Below, piece by piece: positions 63,541 to 63,836 of a stretch of DNA of 63,836 nt (within the stretch, counting starts at the first letter, position 1; each line of letters opens with the position of its first letter). A program made the position numbers and the translations under genes. Below the pieces are notes generated by a model, which searched no databases, had not been told where the DNA came from, and saw nothing but the letters and a program-made list of their open reading frames with translations. This stretch comes from Rotaria magnacalcarata (lineage: Eukaryota), in assembly GCA_965140935.1 (NCBI GenBank), contig CBCSLL010000228.1, positions 14,084 to 77,919 of the forward strand. The letters run 5' to 3'.

Positions 63541-63836
63541 GTGTACTCAAAAGTGAGTAAACTACTAAAGTCGGTCAGTGTGTCCAGCCGTCCGTTTATT
63601 CGATTGAGCTGAAATTTTGTGTACAGAATTATCTCATCAATATCTAGGTCGAGTTCGAAGATGAGAGGGATCCGTCAAGAAACGGCTGAGTTATCGAAAA
63701 AATTGTCATTTTTGATCAGACCATCCCTGAGGGAGAGTACAGGGATTTTTCAAAAATAAAAAAGCTTTTCTCAGAATTATCCACAACATATATAAATCGA
63801 CTCAGTTTTTAACGCTGATTCTGAATCTGATATTAG
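63541..63836 (-). repeat. Interspersed repeat, copy B (same family as 14985-15305, opposite orientation; truncated by window end)
   Basis: This is the reverse complement of copy A, as described for that feature. It runs to the last base of the window, so its full length is unknown. Confidence 0.8.

Overview
This is eukaryotic (metazoan) nuclear DNA, not prokaryotic. It is about two-thirds A+T. Its genes are split by many very short GT-AG introns of roughly 30-70 bp, with GTAAGT/GTATGT donors and T-rich ...AG acceptors. There are many microsatellites and several inverted-repeat (MITE-like) elements. The gene set (major vault protein, Disabled, ACE, KDM2, SUN, exostosin) and the architecture suggest a flatworm-like lophotrochozoan, possibly a parasitic platyhelminth; that species guess is inference only.

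I can support about 12 protein-coding genes, all by reading conserved protein motifs directly from the translation:
- minus strand: a CPA-type cation/H+ antiporter (approx 2.5-3.9 kb), an M2 peptidase / angiotensin-converting-enzyme homolog (6072-8365; HEMGH zinc motif, full 5-exon model derived), a Disabled/Dab PTB-domain adaptor (9699-11315), an intronless class-A GPCR (15714-16880), sulfite oxidase (24252-26.7 kb), a second MVP paralog (34558-37688), a SUN-domain protein (40458-43064, possibly to 44367) and an exostosin GT47-domain glycosyltransferase (44645-47817).
- plus strand: HINT1 (5200-5691, 3 exons exactly resolved), an SLC35E1-like TPT transporter (27793-29032), major vault protein copy 1 (30362-33640) and a KDM2/JHDM1 JmjC-CXXC-PHD lysine demethylase (48241-58071).

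The most unusual feature is a convergent, tail-to-tail pair of diverged MVP paralogs whose stop codons are only about 0.9 kb apart. Other candidates worth follow-up:
- a small Q/Y/P-rich tandem-repeat protein gene (minus strand, 59018-59504);
- a putative secreted prepropeptide with duplicated R[S/H]FWKR motifs (62188-62451);
- an approx 1.1 kb TIR-bounded MITE-like element with a 45-bp perfect central palindrome (21897-23000);
- a 1.3 kb nested inverted-repeat / foldback structure (19696-21019);
- a dispersed repeat family present twice in opposite orientations (14985-15305 and 63541-63836).

A repeat-rich gene desert of about 7 kb (16.9-24.2 kb) separates the GPCR from sulfite oxidase. I found no rRNA, tRNA or CRISPR features I can support.
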